64,000 bases of DNA from Balanoglossus misakiensis (Eukaryota; Animalia; Hemichordata), in the NCBI GenBank assembly GCA_040954595.2, contig CM082587.2, positions 10,173,403 to 10,237,402 of the forward strand, in the 5' to 3' direction. Below are positions 51,151 through 64,000 of the stretch, in pieces. Every line of letters starts with the position of its first letter. Within the stretch, counting starts at the first letter, position 1. Under the pieces are notes generated by a model. That model had not been told where the DNA came from. It searched no databases and saw nothing but the letters and a program-made list of their open reading frames with translations. Position numbers and translations under genes: made by a program.

Positions 51151-51256
51151 TCAGTTTGTGTTTTAGTGTGACCAGTATTTATTTTTTACTGATTAATATG
51201 ACAGGACGGTGACGGAGAAGACGATATTGATTATCAGAATTTGTTGATATTATCAA

Positions 51257-52440
51257 TACCAGCCCTACACGAAACCCAACAACATTCCGCAATACGTCCA
51301 CAGCAAATCAAACCACCCACCAGGAATCCTCAAAAACATACCAGAATCCATCAACAAGCGACTCTCAGAAATTTCATATGACGACGAATGCTTCAACACG
51401 GCCGCACCACTATACCAACAGGCCATCTACAAAAGCGGATACAAACATCAACTGAAATTCTCGCCGCCAACAGAACAACCACAAGCCCACAAGAGAAACC
51501 GCAGCAGGAACATAATATGGTACACCCCACCGTACAGTAAAAACGTCGCCACACATATAGGGAGAGAGTTCCTCAAAATAATTAACGAAGAATTTCCACC
51601 AAGCCACACCCTCCACAAGATATTCAACCGGAACACAGTTAAAATAAGCTACAACACCATGAGCAACACAGCACAAACCATCCAGAATCACAACAAATCG
51701 GTACTTTCCAGCAACAACGACAACAGCACTAAAAAACAATGCAACTGCCGGTCACCTGCAAACTGCCCAATGTCAGGACACTGCCTAACCGAATCAATTG
51801 TATACCAAGCCATCGTTACTACGCAGGATAGCAAGCCGGACCAAACCTACGTCGGACTAACTGCCAACACCTTCAAGACCCGCTTCAACAACCACAAGGA
51901 CTCATTCAGGAACGCCGCCAAAAAGAACAGTACAGAACTCAGTAAATACATTTGGAAACTAAAGGACGAGCACATAGAACACAAAATCACATGGAAAACA
52001 TTAAAACAAGCTAGCCCCTATACCCCAACCAGCAACAGATGCAACCTATGTCTTTGGGAAAAATATTTCATCATATGCAAACCAAAACTAGCCACACTCA
52101 ACAAACGTAACGAACTCGTCAGCACATGCCGCCACTCCAGCAAATTCCTCCTGAAGAATCTGGCCAATCAACACCCCTCCACACAGCCCCAATCAATACA
52201 CACTCCCATTCAAATGTAGGCCCATTTGCATATCCACCCTACCCAATTCCCTGTTGTCCACACCCTTCACCATCATTCAGGCATCAGTATCTGACGAGTG
52301 TAGGCCCAGCTTACACGAAACTGAACAGTAATACACCGCCTATGTCAAAACAGCCTTAGTTCCCTTGCACACTCTACTATCAAGCTCTGGATTTACACCA
52401 TCGAGCACTCTGCCATCAGTACTTGCAACGAACTCCCAAA
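51257..52440 (+). mobile_element. 5'-truncated Penelope-like retroelement; open frame 51257-52219 covers the RT thumb, Cys linker and GIY-YIG endonuclease
   Basis: YVHSKSNHPP, RNIIWYTPPYS, KIFNRNTVKISY, CNCR..CP..G.CL, IVYQA..YVGLT...FKTR..NH, CNLCLWEK and LNKRNEL...CRH. Ends before an (AT)n tract. Confidence 0.92.
52279..52341 (+). ncRNA. Type I hammerhead ribozyme
   Basis: Stem I GUAU/AUAC, extended by AGGC/GCCU; core CUGACGA; stem II GUGUAGG/CUUACAC; GAAA; stem III CUG-AA-CAG; cleavage triplet GUA at 52328-52330. Confidence 0.85.
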
Positions 52441-52649
52441 TCGTATATATATATATATATATAATATATATGGGTCTGATGAATATCAGCTGTGAGAAAA
52501 CTGATTAGATTCCGTGTCTATATACAAGATCTTATTTGGTGGTGCATCTCCCACACATAACGAGAACAGCGAAAACACGGTAAATGGAGAGACGGAGCCA
52601 ATCCCTTCAGCTGATTTCAATCAGCTGTGAAATGTGAATGTTATACTAT

Positions 52650-55600
52650 TAGTCCATGGGCCAGAGACCGAAACCCTCCCCCCCCCCCCCTGAGGATTTT
52701 TGCAGACATATATTTTTGGAAAGCCTATTTATCCAGCTGTCAGAATCAGGTTGTTTGCACTCATATTAATGGTGGGTGTGGCCGTGAGGAGCGGTTGTCA
52801 TGGTAACGATAGCATAATTTTAGGGGTACTCATACAGTTAAAAAATGATATATTTCAGGATCTGAGAAAGCTAGAGAAAAAATTTAAACATTGGGTCTTA
52901 TAAAGTAGGGGACGGGCTATCCAATGATTACATGACCGACAAGGTCAGAGGTCAAGTTCATCTTCAAAACGCGGGGTCAAAGTAAAAATTTCGCTATTTT
53001 TTGCACATCGATCATACATAGTTTCGATTTACTGGAAAACGGTTTGCTCGAGGAGGCTGTAAATTGGTCATCAGGTAGCATGGAACATTAGGTTTATGAA
53101 AAATAAGCTGATTCACGTCTTTGATATTAAGTTATATTAAAATTCTGTTACCATAACGACGGATAGCAGATTTTGCGAAAATCACAAAAATAAGAATCCT
53201 GCTATATCTTTGCTACCAATTAAGCTTTAGATAAAATTTAAACACTCAAACTTATAATGTCGGGTGCGATCTTTTCATTGCTAACTTGAACTTTGGGGTT
53301 CAAGATCAAGGTCATCCTCAAATTTCAGGTCAAAGTGACAAAATGGACATTACGGATTTTTGTTCAAAATGACATTTTACGGCGAGCGTTTACTAAACAC
53401 TGTTTGGGTCTAGAATGCTATAATTTGATCTCCAGATAGAGATGTGTATTGTTTACAAAGATTTTAATTTGTTTTGCTGTTTACATATACTTAATATGCA
53501 AAACCTGCTGTTTTAATGACAACAAAATGAATGGTAGGAATAGCAAGAGTACTCATACAGTTAAAATGAGATATTTCAGGTTCTGAGAAAGCTAGAGAAA
53601 AAATTTAAACATTCAGTATTATAAAGTAGGGTACGGACTATCCAATTATTACACGACCGACAAGGTCAGAGGTCAAGTTCATCTTCAAAACTTGGGGTCA
53701 AAGTGAAAATTTCGCTATTTTTTGCATATCGGTCATACATAGTTTTGATTTACTGGAAAACGGTTTGCTCGAGGAGGCTGTAAATTGGTCATCAGGTTGC
53801 AAGGAATATTAGCTTTAAGAAAAATAGGCCTATTTTCGTCTTTGGTTGTAATTTATATTAAAATTCTGTAACCATAACGACGGATAGAAGATTTTGCGAA
53901 ATTCCCCAAAATAAGAAACTTGCTATATCTTTGCTACCAATTAAGCTTTAGATAAAATTTAAACACTCAAACTTGTATTGTCGGATGCGAGCTTTTGATT
54001 GCTAAATTGAACTTTGGGGTTCAAGGTCAAGGTCATCCTCAAATTTTGGTTCAAAATGACATTTTACGGCGAGCGTTTACTACACTGTTGGGATCTAGAA
54101 TGCTATAATTTTGTATATTTTGATATTTTAAATTTAAGTTCAGGGTCACCTTCAAAAGATGGGGTCAAAATTCAATATCCCAACTCTAATTAGTGTTGCA
54201 GATCTCCCCAGAAAAAACGAACCCTCTGACTTGGCCATACAACATTTTGTGTCATACACCATTTTAAAGTTATTGTTCTGAGAGTTTGAAAATGCTTGAT
54301 GACATTTTCAATTCCTATGGCGAGCTGATGAATTCAAGATTTAGTAAAATTGGTATATTTCTTGAAATATGCGAACGTGCATTTGCAATTGCTATAAAGG
54401 GACATACATTATCAGCATGCTTTTACTGTAAAAATACTATATTCAACTTATATTGTGGCCATTCTATGGTATTTCAGTTTAAATATGTACAAAGTTTTAT
54501 CATATTTAGCACATTCTTATCAAGATGATTTCTGTTGATATGACAAGTTGACGTAAGGAGTCATCTTGCCCCTCTATCAGACGCTGCAATTGCGTGTAGA
54601 ACTAAGAACAATCCGCGTATCTGCTTCTTCACTGTATCTTTTGCGACAATAAAAGTGGTGAAGTTTGGTCCTCCACTTACAATTCATTTTTGACCAATGT
54701 TGAGATCTACTTTTTTCATAATGTGTAGCATTTTGCAAAATTTGCTTTGTTTTCAGACTAGTGGTAAGCAAGAATGCCGTCCATTTTGTCGGAGCAACTA
54801 GATCAAGTATGATATGATGTGCTGGTGCAACGCTCACTTCACGTGTTTGGCCTTTGATCCGTTTGGCATCATAATTATCAATGATCATGTGTATTTGCGA
54901 ATTATCAACAGGACCTAAAATTCGGCCTCTATTCTACATTATGTATTCCATAAATCCTATTGCTATATCGATAAAAGTGATTCTGTCTACAAGATTAGGA
55001 CCAGACAGAGACTGAATGGTCATCATAAACTATGGCATCGGCAGCCTCAAGTCTAGTCTATCTGTCTCCTGGAAATGAATTTTAAGTCCATCATCTGAAA
55101 ACAAACAGAGAGGAACGTTGGAATTTTCAATGACTCCAATGAGTGGCATCTTCTAACTTGTATTAACAGCAGGTAATCAAAGATAAACCGTCTTCTTCAT
55201 TTTTGTCATGTTTTTACATTGCCGCAAGTCATACTATGATAGAAGCACTTACACGGTTTGTCAGGTTCTTCTTGTATAATTATTTGCTCAGAAAAAAACC
55301 CCAGCCATATCTTTTGATATAGTAATGTTGATAATTGCTTAAATGAGGGTCGGAAAGATCAAATGGGTCGACAAATGCTCCACCTTATAATTCTTAAAGC
55401 TTTGCCACATCAGTATTCCATCTCTTAATGACTGCTTTTCCATATCGGATCTTATTTTGTTTACCAATACTGCATATTTATTTGTGAAATGTATCAGAGA
55501 ACTTTGCAGTAATCGGTCCACCCAAAACCACTTTTCAAGTGCTAAACCTCTCATCTTTAATCCTATAACACCACCAGCACCCTTTAGTGAATCGTCAGAT

Positions 55601-57893
55601 AAGTTTGCCATGAATCCTCCTCATTTAATGACTCTTGTACACTTTCGGGTATTCCATGCATCACCAGAATAAGTACTGACATGTATCTTGCATAGTCCGT
55701 TTCGATTGGCACAAAACAACAGAGGAAATAATAGCTGATTCTTAGCAGTTTGGCAAATATCTCAATCACCATTTCTTAATGCACTTACATTTCCACCGGT
55801 GGGTAGAGTTGTAATGGCAGCAATACTCTACACAAAGTCATACCAAAAGTTAAAAGTTACTCCTCTCTTGTCTAAACTCAGCCATAAGCGGGAAATGATG
55901 TTCAATGATGTGTTCCACAAAATTGTGAACTATTTCCAAAAGTTCATTAGCAGGCTGGGAAGTCAAAAGATCACAATCCATCTCAGGCATTGACTGTGTT
56001 CCCTACCTTTACACCATGATAAAAAGTTGCAGAACCTAGCGCTGGACGTTTCATCAGCAAGATGGAGGCCATGCAATGACAAACAACCGGAAAACATTTC
56101 CACATGAGCAAACGTTTTTTTTTAAACGTAGCATTCATTTTGTATGATTATGAATGATTGTGATTTAAAAACATTGCTTTTGAGTATATAATGTGTCTTA
56201 AGTGCTTTACGCACAATTTCCAAAAAATCTCTGTGCCTAAAACACAGATATTCGATCGGTTTGTCTGGACTATTGCTACAGTGGCATCATGGGATAACGC
56301 ATAAATCAGCATGACTCGCACTCCCACGGTCGCGTTTTTTTATATAATAATATCCAGAAATCAAAGTGGCATCTTATTTGAATATTAATATCAAAATATA
56401 CAAAATTATAGCATTCTAGATCCCAACAGTGTAGTAAACGCTCGCCGTAAAATGTGATTTTGAACAAAGTCCGTAATGCCCATTTTGTCACTTTGACCCG
56501 AAATTTGAGGATGACCTTGACCTTGAACCCCAAAGTTCAATTTAGCAATCAAAAGCTCGCATCCGACAATACAAGTTTGAGTGTTTAAATTTTATCTAAA
56601 GCTTAATTGGTAGCAAAGATATAGCAAGTTTCTTATTTTGGGGAATTTCGCAAAATCTTCTATCCGTCGTTATGGTTACAGAATTTTAATATAAATTACA
56701 ACCAAAGACGAAAATAGGCCTATTTTTCTTAAAGCTAATATTCCTTGCAACCTGATGACCAATTTACAGCCTCCTCGAGCAAACCGTTTTCCAGTAAATC
56801 AAAACTATGTATGACCGATATGCAAAAAATAGCGAAATTTTCACTTTGACCCCAAGTTTTGAAGATGAACTTGACCTCTGACCTTGTCGGTCGTGTAATA
56901 ATTGGATAGTCCGTACCCTACTTTATAATACTGAATGTTTAAATTTTTTCTCTAGCTTTCTCAGAACCTGAAATATCTCATTTTAACTGTATGAGTACTC
57001 TTGCTATTCCTACCATTCATTTTGTTGTCATTAAAACAGCAGGTTTTGCATATTAAGTATATGTAAACAGCAAAACAAATTAAAATCTTTGTAAACAATA
57101 CACATCTCTATCTGGAGATCAAATTATAGCATTCTAGACCCAAACAGTGTTTAGTAAACGCTCGCCGTAAAATGTCATTTTGAACAAAAATCCGTAATGT
57201 CCATTTTGTCACTTTGACCTGAAATTTGAGGATGACCTTGATCTTGAACCCCAAAGTTCAAGTTAGCAATGAAAAGATCGCACCCGACATTATAAGTTTG
57301 AGTGTTTAAATTTTATCTAAAGCTTAATTGGTAGCAAAGATATAGCAGGATTCTTATTTTTGTGATTTTCGCAAAATCTGCTATCCGTCGTTATGGTAAC
57401 AGAATTTTAATATAACTTAATATCAAAGACGTGAATCAGCTTATTTTTCATAAACCTAATGTTCCATGCTACCTGATGACCAATTTACAGCCTCCTCGAG
57501 CAAACCGTTTTCCAGTAAATCGAAACTATGTATGATCGATGTGCAAAAAATAGCGAAATTTTTACTTTGACCCCGCGTTTTGAAGATGAACTTGACCTCT
57601 GACCTTGTCGGTCATGTAATCATTGGATAGCCCGTCCCCTACTTTATAAGACCCAATGTTTAAATTTTTTCTCTAGCTTTCTCAGATCCTGAAATATATC
57701 ATTTTTTAACTGTATGAGTACCCCTAAAATTATGCTATCGTTACCATGACAACCGCTCCTCACGGCCACACCCACCATTAATATGAGTGCAAACAACCTG
57801 ATTCTGACAGCTGGATAAATAGGCTTTCCAAAAATATATGTCTGCAAAAATCCTCAGGGGGGGGGAGGGTTTCGGTCTCTGGCCCATGGACTA
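52650..57893 (-). mobile_element. Non-autonomous Academ(X)-type DNA transposon, copy 2, opposite orientation to copy 1
   Basis: Same TAG...CTA termini and ~1.5-kb TIRs. 3-bp TSD TAT at 52647-52649 and 57894-57896. Retains 114 bp (about 55318-55431) that copy 1 has lost. Confidence 0.87.
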
Positions 57894-57959
57894 TATAACG
57901 TTAGGCTCCATACGTGAATGATCTCATTGAAATTGAAAGAATTGTGCGTTCCTGGCGGG

Positions 57960-58373
57960 CGTTCGTTCGTTCGTTCTTCATTCATTCATTCATTCATTCA
58001 TTCATTCATTCATTCATTCATTCATTCATTCATTCACTCACTCACTCACTCACTCACTCACTCACTCACTCACTCACTCACTCACTCACTCACTCACTCA
58101 CTCACTCACTCACTCACTCACTCACTCACTCACTCACTCACTCACTCACTCTCTCATTCATTCATTCATTCATTCATTCATTCATTCATTCATTCATTCA
58201 TTCATTCATTCATTCATTCATTCATTCATTCATTCATTCATTCATTCATTCACTCACTCACTCACTCACTCACTCACTCACTCACTCACTCACTCACTCA
58301 CTCACTCACTCACTCACTCACTCACTCATTCATTCATTCATTCATTCATTCATTCATTCATTCATTCATTCAT
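57960..58373. repeat. Compound microsatellite (TTCG)n-(TTCA)n-(CTCA)n-(TTCA)n-(CTCA)n-(TTCA)n
   Basis: Seen directly. Confidence 0.97.
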
Positions 58374-58435
58374 TTGGTTGCCCGTTCATTTATTTTCTAG
58401 TAGTATTTATTTTAATTACCCATCCTCCTGTTTAG

Positions 58436-59998
58436 GTCTAGACCCAGGCTCTGCAGAAATTCAAGACTTCAAACAATCTGACAAAAAGAATCACACCATG
58501 GTTAATGTGACTGGTCAAATTGGACATGGACAAAAACTGTTCTCTACAATCCGTTGTCACAATTACATAGGATTGTCAAGTGTGATCATAACCGATGGCG
58601 TTACCTTAGTAACCGATGCCCCGAATGCTGATAATTCTATCGTAGAACTAATAACATCATCAGAAACTCACTATCCAACAAGAGAAGATCACCAGTCAAT
58701 AACAAATTCAGTGAATTTTTCTTGGCGAGGATTTCAGGATATTGCCGGCCTATCGCATTACCAGGTAATTCTTGATTTTAGGGGAATTGGTTTTTACTGT
58801 GAGACCACTCAGAACCATTCATAAATAACCCTGTTCATTATTCTTTAATTTGTTTTCACTTATTCCAGTGTATGATGCACAGTAAGGAAGGTAAAGTGTT
58901 TGATTGGACCGACGTTGCGGAAGGTGGAGAAACGTTTGCCCTGGTCCATTGCTTTCACCTGAATTCCTACGAGACCAACGAAATACTTGTCAGAGCCGTC
59001 AACTACGTAGACATTTATAGCGCATGCGTTTTTGTCAATTTATCTATTGAAACGGAACCACCAATAATAACAGGTACCAATGCCATCGTAGACTGAAAGA
59101 TACAGTCGTGTGCGGGCGCTCTGACACACTGTCAAAGAGTCTTCAGTAAAGGGTCGAAGGCAGTGCGCTGGAGCGCCCGCACAAGACTTAATCTTTCAGT
59201 CTAATGCCATTGTTATACATGTGATTTATGAGTAGAAATCTACAGATTTAACTCGGAAAATCATGTATATTTTGAAGTACGTATAGCCTAAATAATCCGT
59301 CGTACTTGTTTCTTGACTCTAACTGTTGGCGCGGCGATAATTGGTATTTTTATCCTATGTTTCTACTTTGACTTTGTATTCTACTCTGGAGAGATTTATT
59401 AAAATGACCAGTCTTTCGCAACTCAACAAAGCCGATTTGGCAAATGAGATTAAAGTCCTGAATTTTCAACTATCAATTCTGATTGTACCAAAAGAGGTGT
59501 GTTGTAAAAACAGATACTGTTATTTTTTTACGTTGGACAGAGTAACACAAGAAACCACAGTTGATTTCCAAAACAAACATACTGAGAGTATAGCCCAAAT
59601 ACTGGATGGGTACCACCTCCAGTTTTGATAAAGAATAAAACCACGATGTTTTGTTTTTGCAAGAATGTTTGCTCCTCTAGAAACAATGGTCACCTTTTCT
59701 TCCCTGTGTCTTGCAATGCATATAGCCTGAGCTTTCGGTCACGTGGTTGTCAGATGACACCTTGCATTTGAACTGGACTGGTGCTTTCGTCAGCAACTCA
59801 AGCCTTATCTATCAACTGACAGTTGGTACGGCCTACTCGAGCAATGACGTGCTGAAATGGCTTGAAACCATGGAAACTCGGATAATAGTGGATGATGTTG
59901 ATCCGTCCAAGGAGTATCACGTGGTTATCACAGCCATTAATCAGGCCGGACTGTACAACTCTAACAACTACATTGTGTCTTATGTCGATGCATTTTAA
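58436..59998 (+). CDS. 3' exons (58436-58764, 58869-59073, ~59726-59998) of a large FN3-like repeat protein; possibly a pseudogene fragment
   Basis: Repeat motifs G..PG..D, C.N..GL, DGV, W.GF.D..G...Y, VRAVN and VGT.....DV..W...Y.V.ITAINQAGL. AG/GT sites are present, but the phase of the last acceptor is unresolved. Confidence 0.65.
59089..59203. mobile_element. 115-bp hairpin micro-MITE with TAG...CTA termini and a 9-bp TSD
   Basis: TAGACTGAAAGAT..GTGCGGGCGCTC / GAGCGCCCGCAC..ATCTTTCAGTCTA. Flanks are ATGCCATCG and ATGCCATTG. Confidence 0.8.
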
Positions 59999-60148
59999 CA
60001 CAGACTTGAAAATTAAATTGTGAATTGTAAACAAGTCGTTTTTCTGATGTATGATAAGAGCTGGCGAATTAAAATTCTTGCACCGGTGCATTTTTTGCGC
60101 ACTAAATCCCTTACTGGTAACTAGTACTGAAATGAAGACGTAATTTAA

Positions 60149-60232
60149 CCCTTTCACCACCATTGTTCAGTCCAAACCCATTGTTTTCTATGGTAAGGGT
60201 GGACCACTAAAGAGGATCTCGGGGTGATAGGG
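60149..60232. mobile_element. 84-bp piggyBac-type MITE
   Basis: TTAA|CCCTTTCACC...GGTGATAGGG|TTAA. Confidence 0.7.
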
Positions 60233-62569
60233 TTAAAGTAGAGGATGTTCGCAATGGGTACTTCAAGCCAGTAGAAAAGGCACCCTCGATTTTTATTACG
60301 ATGTTTTATGTCAACTATTTTCAATGAGGCTACCAGAATCTTGCAAATCCAGTCCATATCCTCACAGTCATGACGTACACTTTCATTTGGTTGTCAGAAA
60401 TTGCTCCGTGTCCTGAATAGGTCGTTCTCGTCAATAATTCAGCCATGTTGTTTGTCCGTCAAAAGTTGAGTTCCGAATGATGGTACCTGGCACCTCACTA
60501 ACCATGTGACAAATGCGCTGGTTGACAATCTGATTAAAATTAGTCTTTTTATTACTTACGCGGTACGATTTTCTTTGCTGTCGCCTACTTCTTATGCTGT
60601 GTGGGGCGACAGCATAAGAAAACCACGTCGCCGTTCCCTACATCAGATTTTAATCAGATTGGCTGGTTAATCGAACTGTGTCATTCACCAGGTGCATTTT
60701 GTGACGTTTGTTATTGGTTGTTGAAGTTGTTTAGCATACCAAGATCACATATGTTGCGACGTGTTGAAATCCGGATAATGTACTTGTGTCGTGCGGCCCT
60801 GTGTCGTTGAATGTCTGCAATATTGTTGTGAATAAATCGCATCGAACCACATAGCATCTAAGATTATTGGGAGAGCCACGCCGTTTCTCACAGAGCTTGT
60901 CGATAATGCAACACTGAGAAAATCTCGTGGGATCCCACTGCTGATGTAAACCATCCATCGTACTCCTGCTTTGAAATGTTACCCTCAGGTCATAGATATT
61001 GTTGTCTCAAGTGTTGTAAGCTGGGGTTCAGCAATTACTTTGTGCCAATGGCCATCAGAAATCTTAATCCCTGAATGTCTATGTTTTTATCGTCTGTGTG
61101 AATTTGTTGTGTTTCTGTGTGGTTTTACTGGCTACTTTGTAAGTTTCATTTTTACTGTTGAGCTGTAAGGGGATTTTAGGACAAAGGTGCATACAATCCG
61201 TACATTACAAACCTAAAGTCTGTCTTTAAAAGGAAGTTTCCATTAGCACATCTCAATATATTTCTAACTTTTTCTCAAAACTTCAAAGTAAGTTGAATTT
61301 GGCTCTGTGTAAATTTCAACAGCATTTCTATACCATGGCCTTTCTGCTTTGGGTGAAATATTGAATTTTAGGTGACATGCACTGTTAAAATAAAATTATT
61401 TTCTATTACATTACATTACCTAAATGAGGTTTATTGGTTGGCCGAAATGTGCCACGGATTCATAAGTCCCGGCCCCGGCAATCAAGGCGGTATCTCGTGA
61501 TAGGGTTGTTAGGAATGCGGCACTGACACTTTTGCTAAATATTTTAATTCTTATTCGTTCTAAGAACGCGTCTATGACGTCGCCAACAATGAACTTCCCA
61601 TGCTGCACAGGGCGCCCTCTATTGGCCGAATGCTTCGTGTGCGTTCGAAGGCAGGCATTGTAATTTCGCCTTTAGAAAAGGCGTTGCAATGAGAATCGTA
61701 TTCATTCCGACCAAAATGATATCTGCATAATTACTATTTAGTTTTTGACATATATGGTTTATTTTAATGAGGAACAAAATAATCACTGCCAGGTATGAAA
61801 GGCTAAGAAGAAGAATCTCGATATAAAGATAACATTTTTTACAAGGGGACATTTTCTCTTATACATTGTTTCAATTTTATCTACAACGTCGTTATATTTG
61901 CAGGATACCTCAATTCACCGGGTAAAGAATTCCAGATTTGTGACGAGCGATATTTAAATCTTCTCTAACCTGTACATATATTTACTTTAGGAATAGCAAA
62001 ATCCATTTTCTCTACAGCACATATATGATATTGGTGAATTCTTCTTCGGGAGATTAACATGTCAGAAAGATATTGCGGAGTATTACCTCGATGTCACACA
62101 GTTACTTGTTAAAATTGCAAGAAAGTATTAAACAACGTAAACAATTCAGCACAAAGTAAATTATAGGACAATTCGAAAAGGACACGCGAAGCTCTCTTCT
62201 GCAGTTTAAACAGTTTCTCCAGTCTTCTCATTAGATTAACAGGTGTATGTCACGTGATATAGAGAATTGTTGAAAGGACGGCGCATAACGCCTTCTACCA
62301 GATCAGTTCCGTTTTTATTGAGTTGTTTATATACTCAGCAAATTCCTGAATGATTACATAACTGGCTAAGTTTTAAAGAGGCCAACTGTTCTATTTAGTG
62401 TATGTACAGTACATATGCCATTGGCAGCTTATGGGTCAGACAGTGCTTGCCCATTGATCTCCTCCTATGTGTGTGTGTGTGTGTGTCTGTCTGTCTGTCT
62501 GTCTGTATATGGCCATGTACTCCGGTGTAGACTTTTTTTTGTGTATTCCCTCAATGGGACCACTGTGTC

Positions 62570-62915
62570 CTTGACGCGATTTTTCAATTTTACTCCTGTT
62601 CCAGCATCTGTTCTTACAGTGTGTAGATTTATCCAGTTTCTTGCAAGATCAGTATCTTCTACTGGCACCATTCAGAATTATTTGTACGCAATTCGTAGCT
62701 TGCATAGAATCCATGGCTTCACGCCATTGGCCGCTGATCAGTATGTTGTCAAATTACTTTTGAAAGGTCTTTCCCGTAGCACTTTCCAGCCAGTGATGCA
62801 GAAATTACCCATCACCCCCCAGTTGTTGCTAACAGTTTTTCGGGCTTTTAGATATGGCTGTTCCATTCGATGTTACTTTGTGGGCATGCCTTTTGATAGG
62901 GTTTTTCTCTTGGCA
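62570..62915 (+). pseudogene. Tyrosine recombinase N-terminal remnant (DIRS/Ngaro-like)
   Basis: PAS..TVCRFIQFLAR....TIQNYL.AIR.LH...G, LLKGL.R and KLPITPQLL, then frameshifted LWACLLIGFF. Confidence 0.75.
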
Positions 62916-62919
62916 AAAT

Positions 62920-63690
62920 CCAGGGGGGGTCACTTAAATTTTGAAGTCCAAAAGGGGGGGGGGTCATCTGGTTTTTTTTAAACGTTTAGGGGGGGTCACA
63001 TACTTTTGCCACCGAATTTTTGCATTTGAGTCCACAAAATTGCAGTTTCGCGCCCTTTATTTTACAAAATTTTCTAACCCACCCCCTCATTCTCCACCAC
63101 ATTTCATTTTTTGCTGGTTTGTCTAGTGTACCAGGGCAGAGTGCTTGCCACCCCAACCCCACCGATGATAATATAAAACAAAGTAAATACATAAAGGAGA
63201 ATAATCTTTTAAACCATTTCGCATAACTGATAGTTTTGCGCTGCATCTTCTATATACTAGAAGTTTTATAAATGATGTCATGACGAAGATGACGCCAAAT
63301 CTTCTAACTTTGAGTGAAGTGGCAAAAAGTAAAATTGGTCCTCCCAAACATTGAGATAATTTGCTTTTGAGTTCATTAAAATGCAACTTTGAGCACCATA
63401 TTTTACAAAATTTTCTTAAGTGGCAGGGGTCACAACCTCCCACACCCACCCCTCCATTCTTTGCCACATTGCCTTTATTCGCTGGTTTGTCTAGCGTAAC
63501 AGGGCACTGAGACTTCTTGCCACCCCACCCCCGATGTTTACTTTGAGTGGAGTGGCAAAATTAAGATTTGTCCTCCCTAACATTGAGTTAATTTGCTTTT
63601 GAGTTCATTAAAATGCGACTTTGAGCACCGTATTTTACAACATTTTCTGATGTCGGAGGGGGACACCCCCTCCCACCCCTGCCACTTTTC
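62920..63690. repeat. G/C-tract repeat element with internal degenerate duplications
   Basis: GGGGGGTCA motifs. GCTGGTTTGTCTAG at about 63114 and 63481. TTGCTTTTGAGTTCATTAAAATGC at about 63361 and 63593. Confidence 0.55.
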
Positions 63691-64000
63691 TTGTTTTACC
63701 AATTCTAGCAACTATTGTATTGACTTGTCATTTACATTTGTTCATAGTATAAATATAATTAGACCCTTTTCCTGTGACTTCTTGGATATGTTTTTCAAAC
63801 TCTGGTAGGTAGCATACAGAAATGTCGCCAGGAACGTTGCGCAGACTATTCCTGAACGAATCTAGTTTCCCCGCCATGTTTATTTACGTTGTGGAGGTCA
63901 ATGTCCCACAAGCTCAAAGCTTGTGGGGCGTAGCAACAGTAACCAAGGGGGGCGTGGCTTATACCGTAGGGTGGAACTATGTTGATTGCTGGCGACCAGA

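Noticed and set aside
52475-52515. Second hammerhead-like CTGATGA...GAAA (similar motif at about 31249)
   Set aside because: No convincing stems II and III could be formed.
25378-52649. Inversion or composite transposon between the two opposed Academ copies
   Set aside because: Each copy keeps its own matching TSD (AAA/AAA and TAT/TAT), so they inserted independently without exchanging flanks.
57914-58435. His/Ser/Thr-rich ORFs (also 11200-11418 and 11489-11695)
   Set aside because: They are translations of microsatellites.

Overview
Animal genomic DNA. It is most likely a marine invertebrate deuterostome, inferred from the 5S sequence and the gene families present. Bases 1-9746 are the end of a tandem 5S rDNA array: a 1064-bp unit, 8 intact genes and 1 internally deleted gene. 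About 290 bp past the array edge lies an I-PpoI-type His-Me finger (His-Cys box) nuclease ORF with the catalytic and Zn ligands intact. Each 5S spacer also holds a fold of three hairpins plus an Sm site that resembles a spliced-leader or Sm-class RNA. The rest is TE-rich DNA containing a disabled SMB/7tm_2 GPCR, a pentraxin domain, an intact 4-exon fibrinogen-related gene, a 5'-truncated SLCO/OATP pseudogene with a duplicated last exon, and the 3' exons of an FN3-like repeat gene. Mobile elements include two ~5.2-kb Academ-type elements whose ~1.5-kb TIR arms are homogenised within each copy, an internally deleted BEL/Pao LTR element, a Kolobok-like fragment, a Penelope-like element with a type I hammerhead ribozyme, a DIRS/Ngaro-type recombinase remnant and many MITEs. 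All calls were made by eye; no database searches were run.
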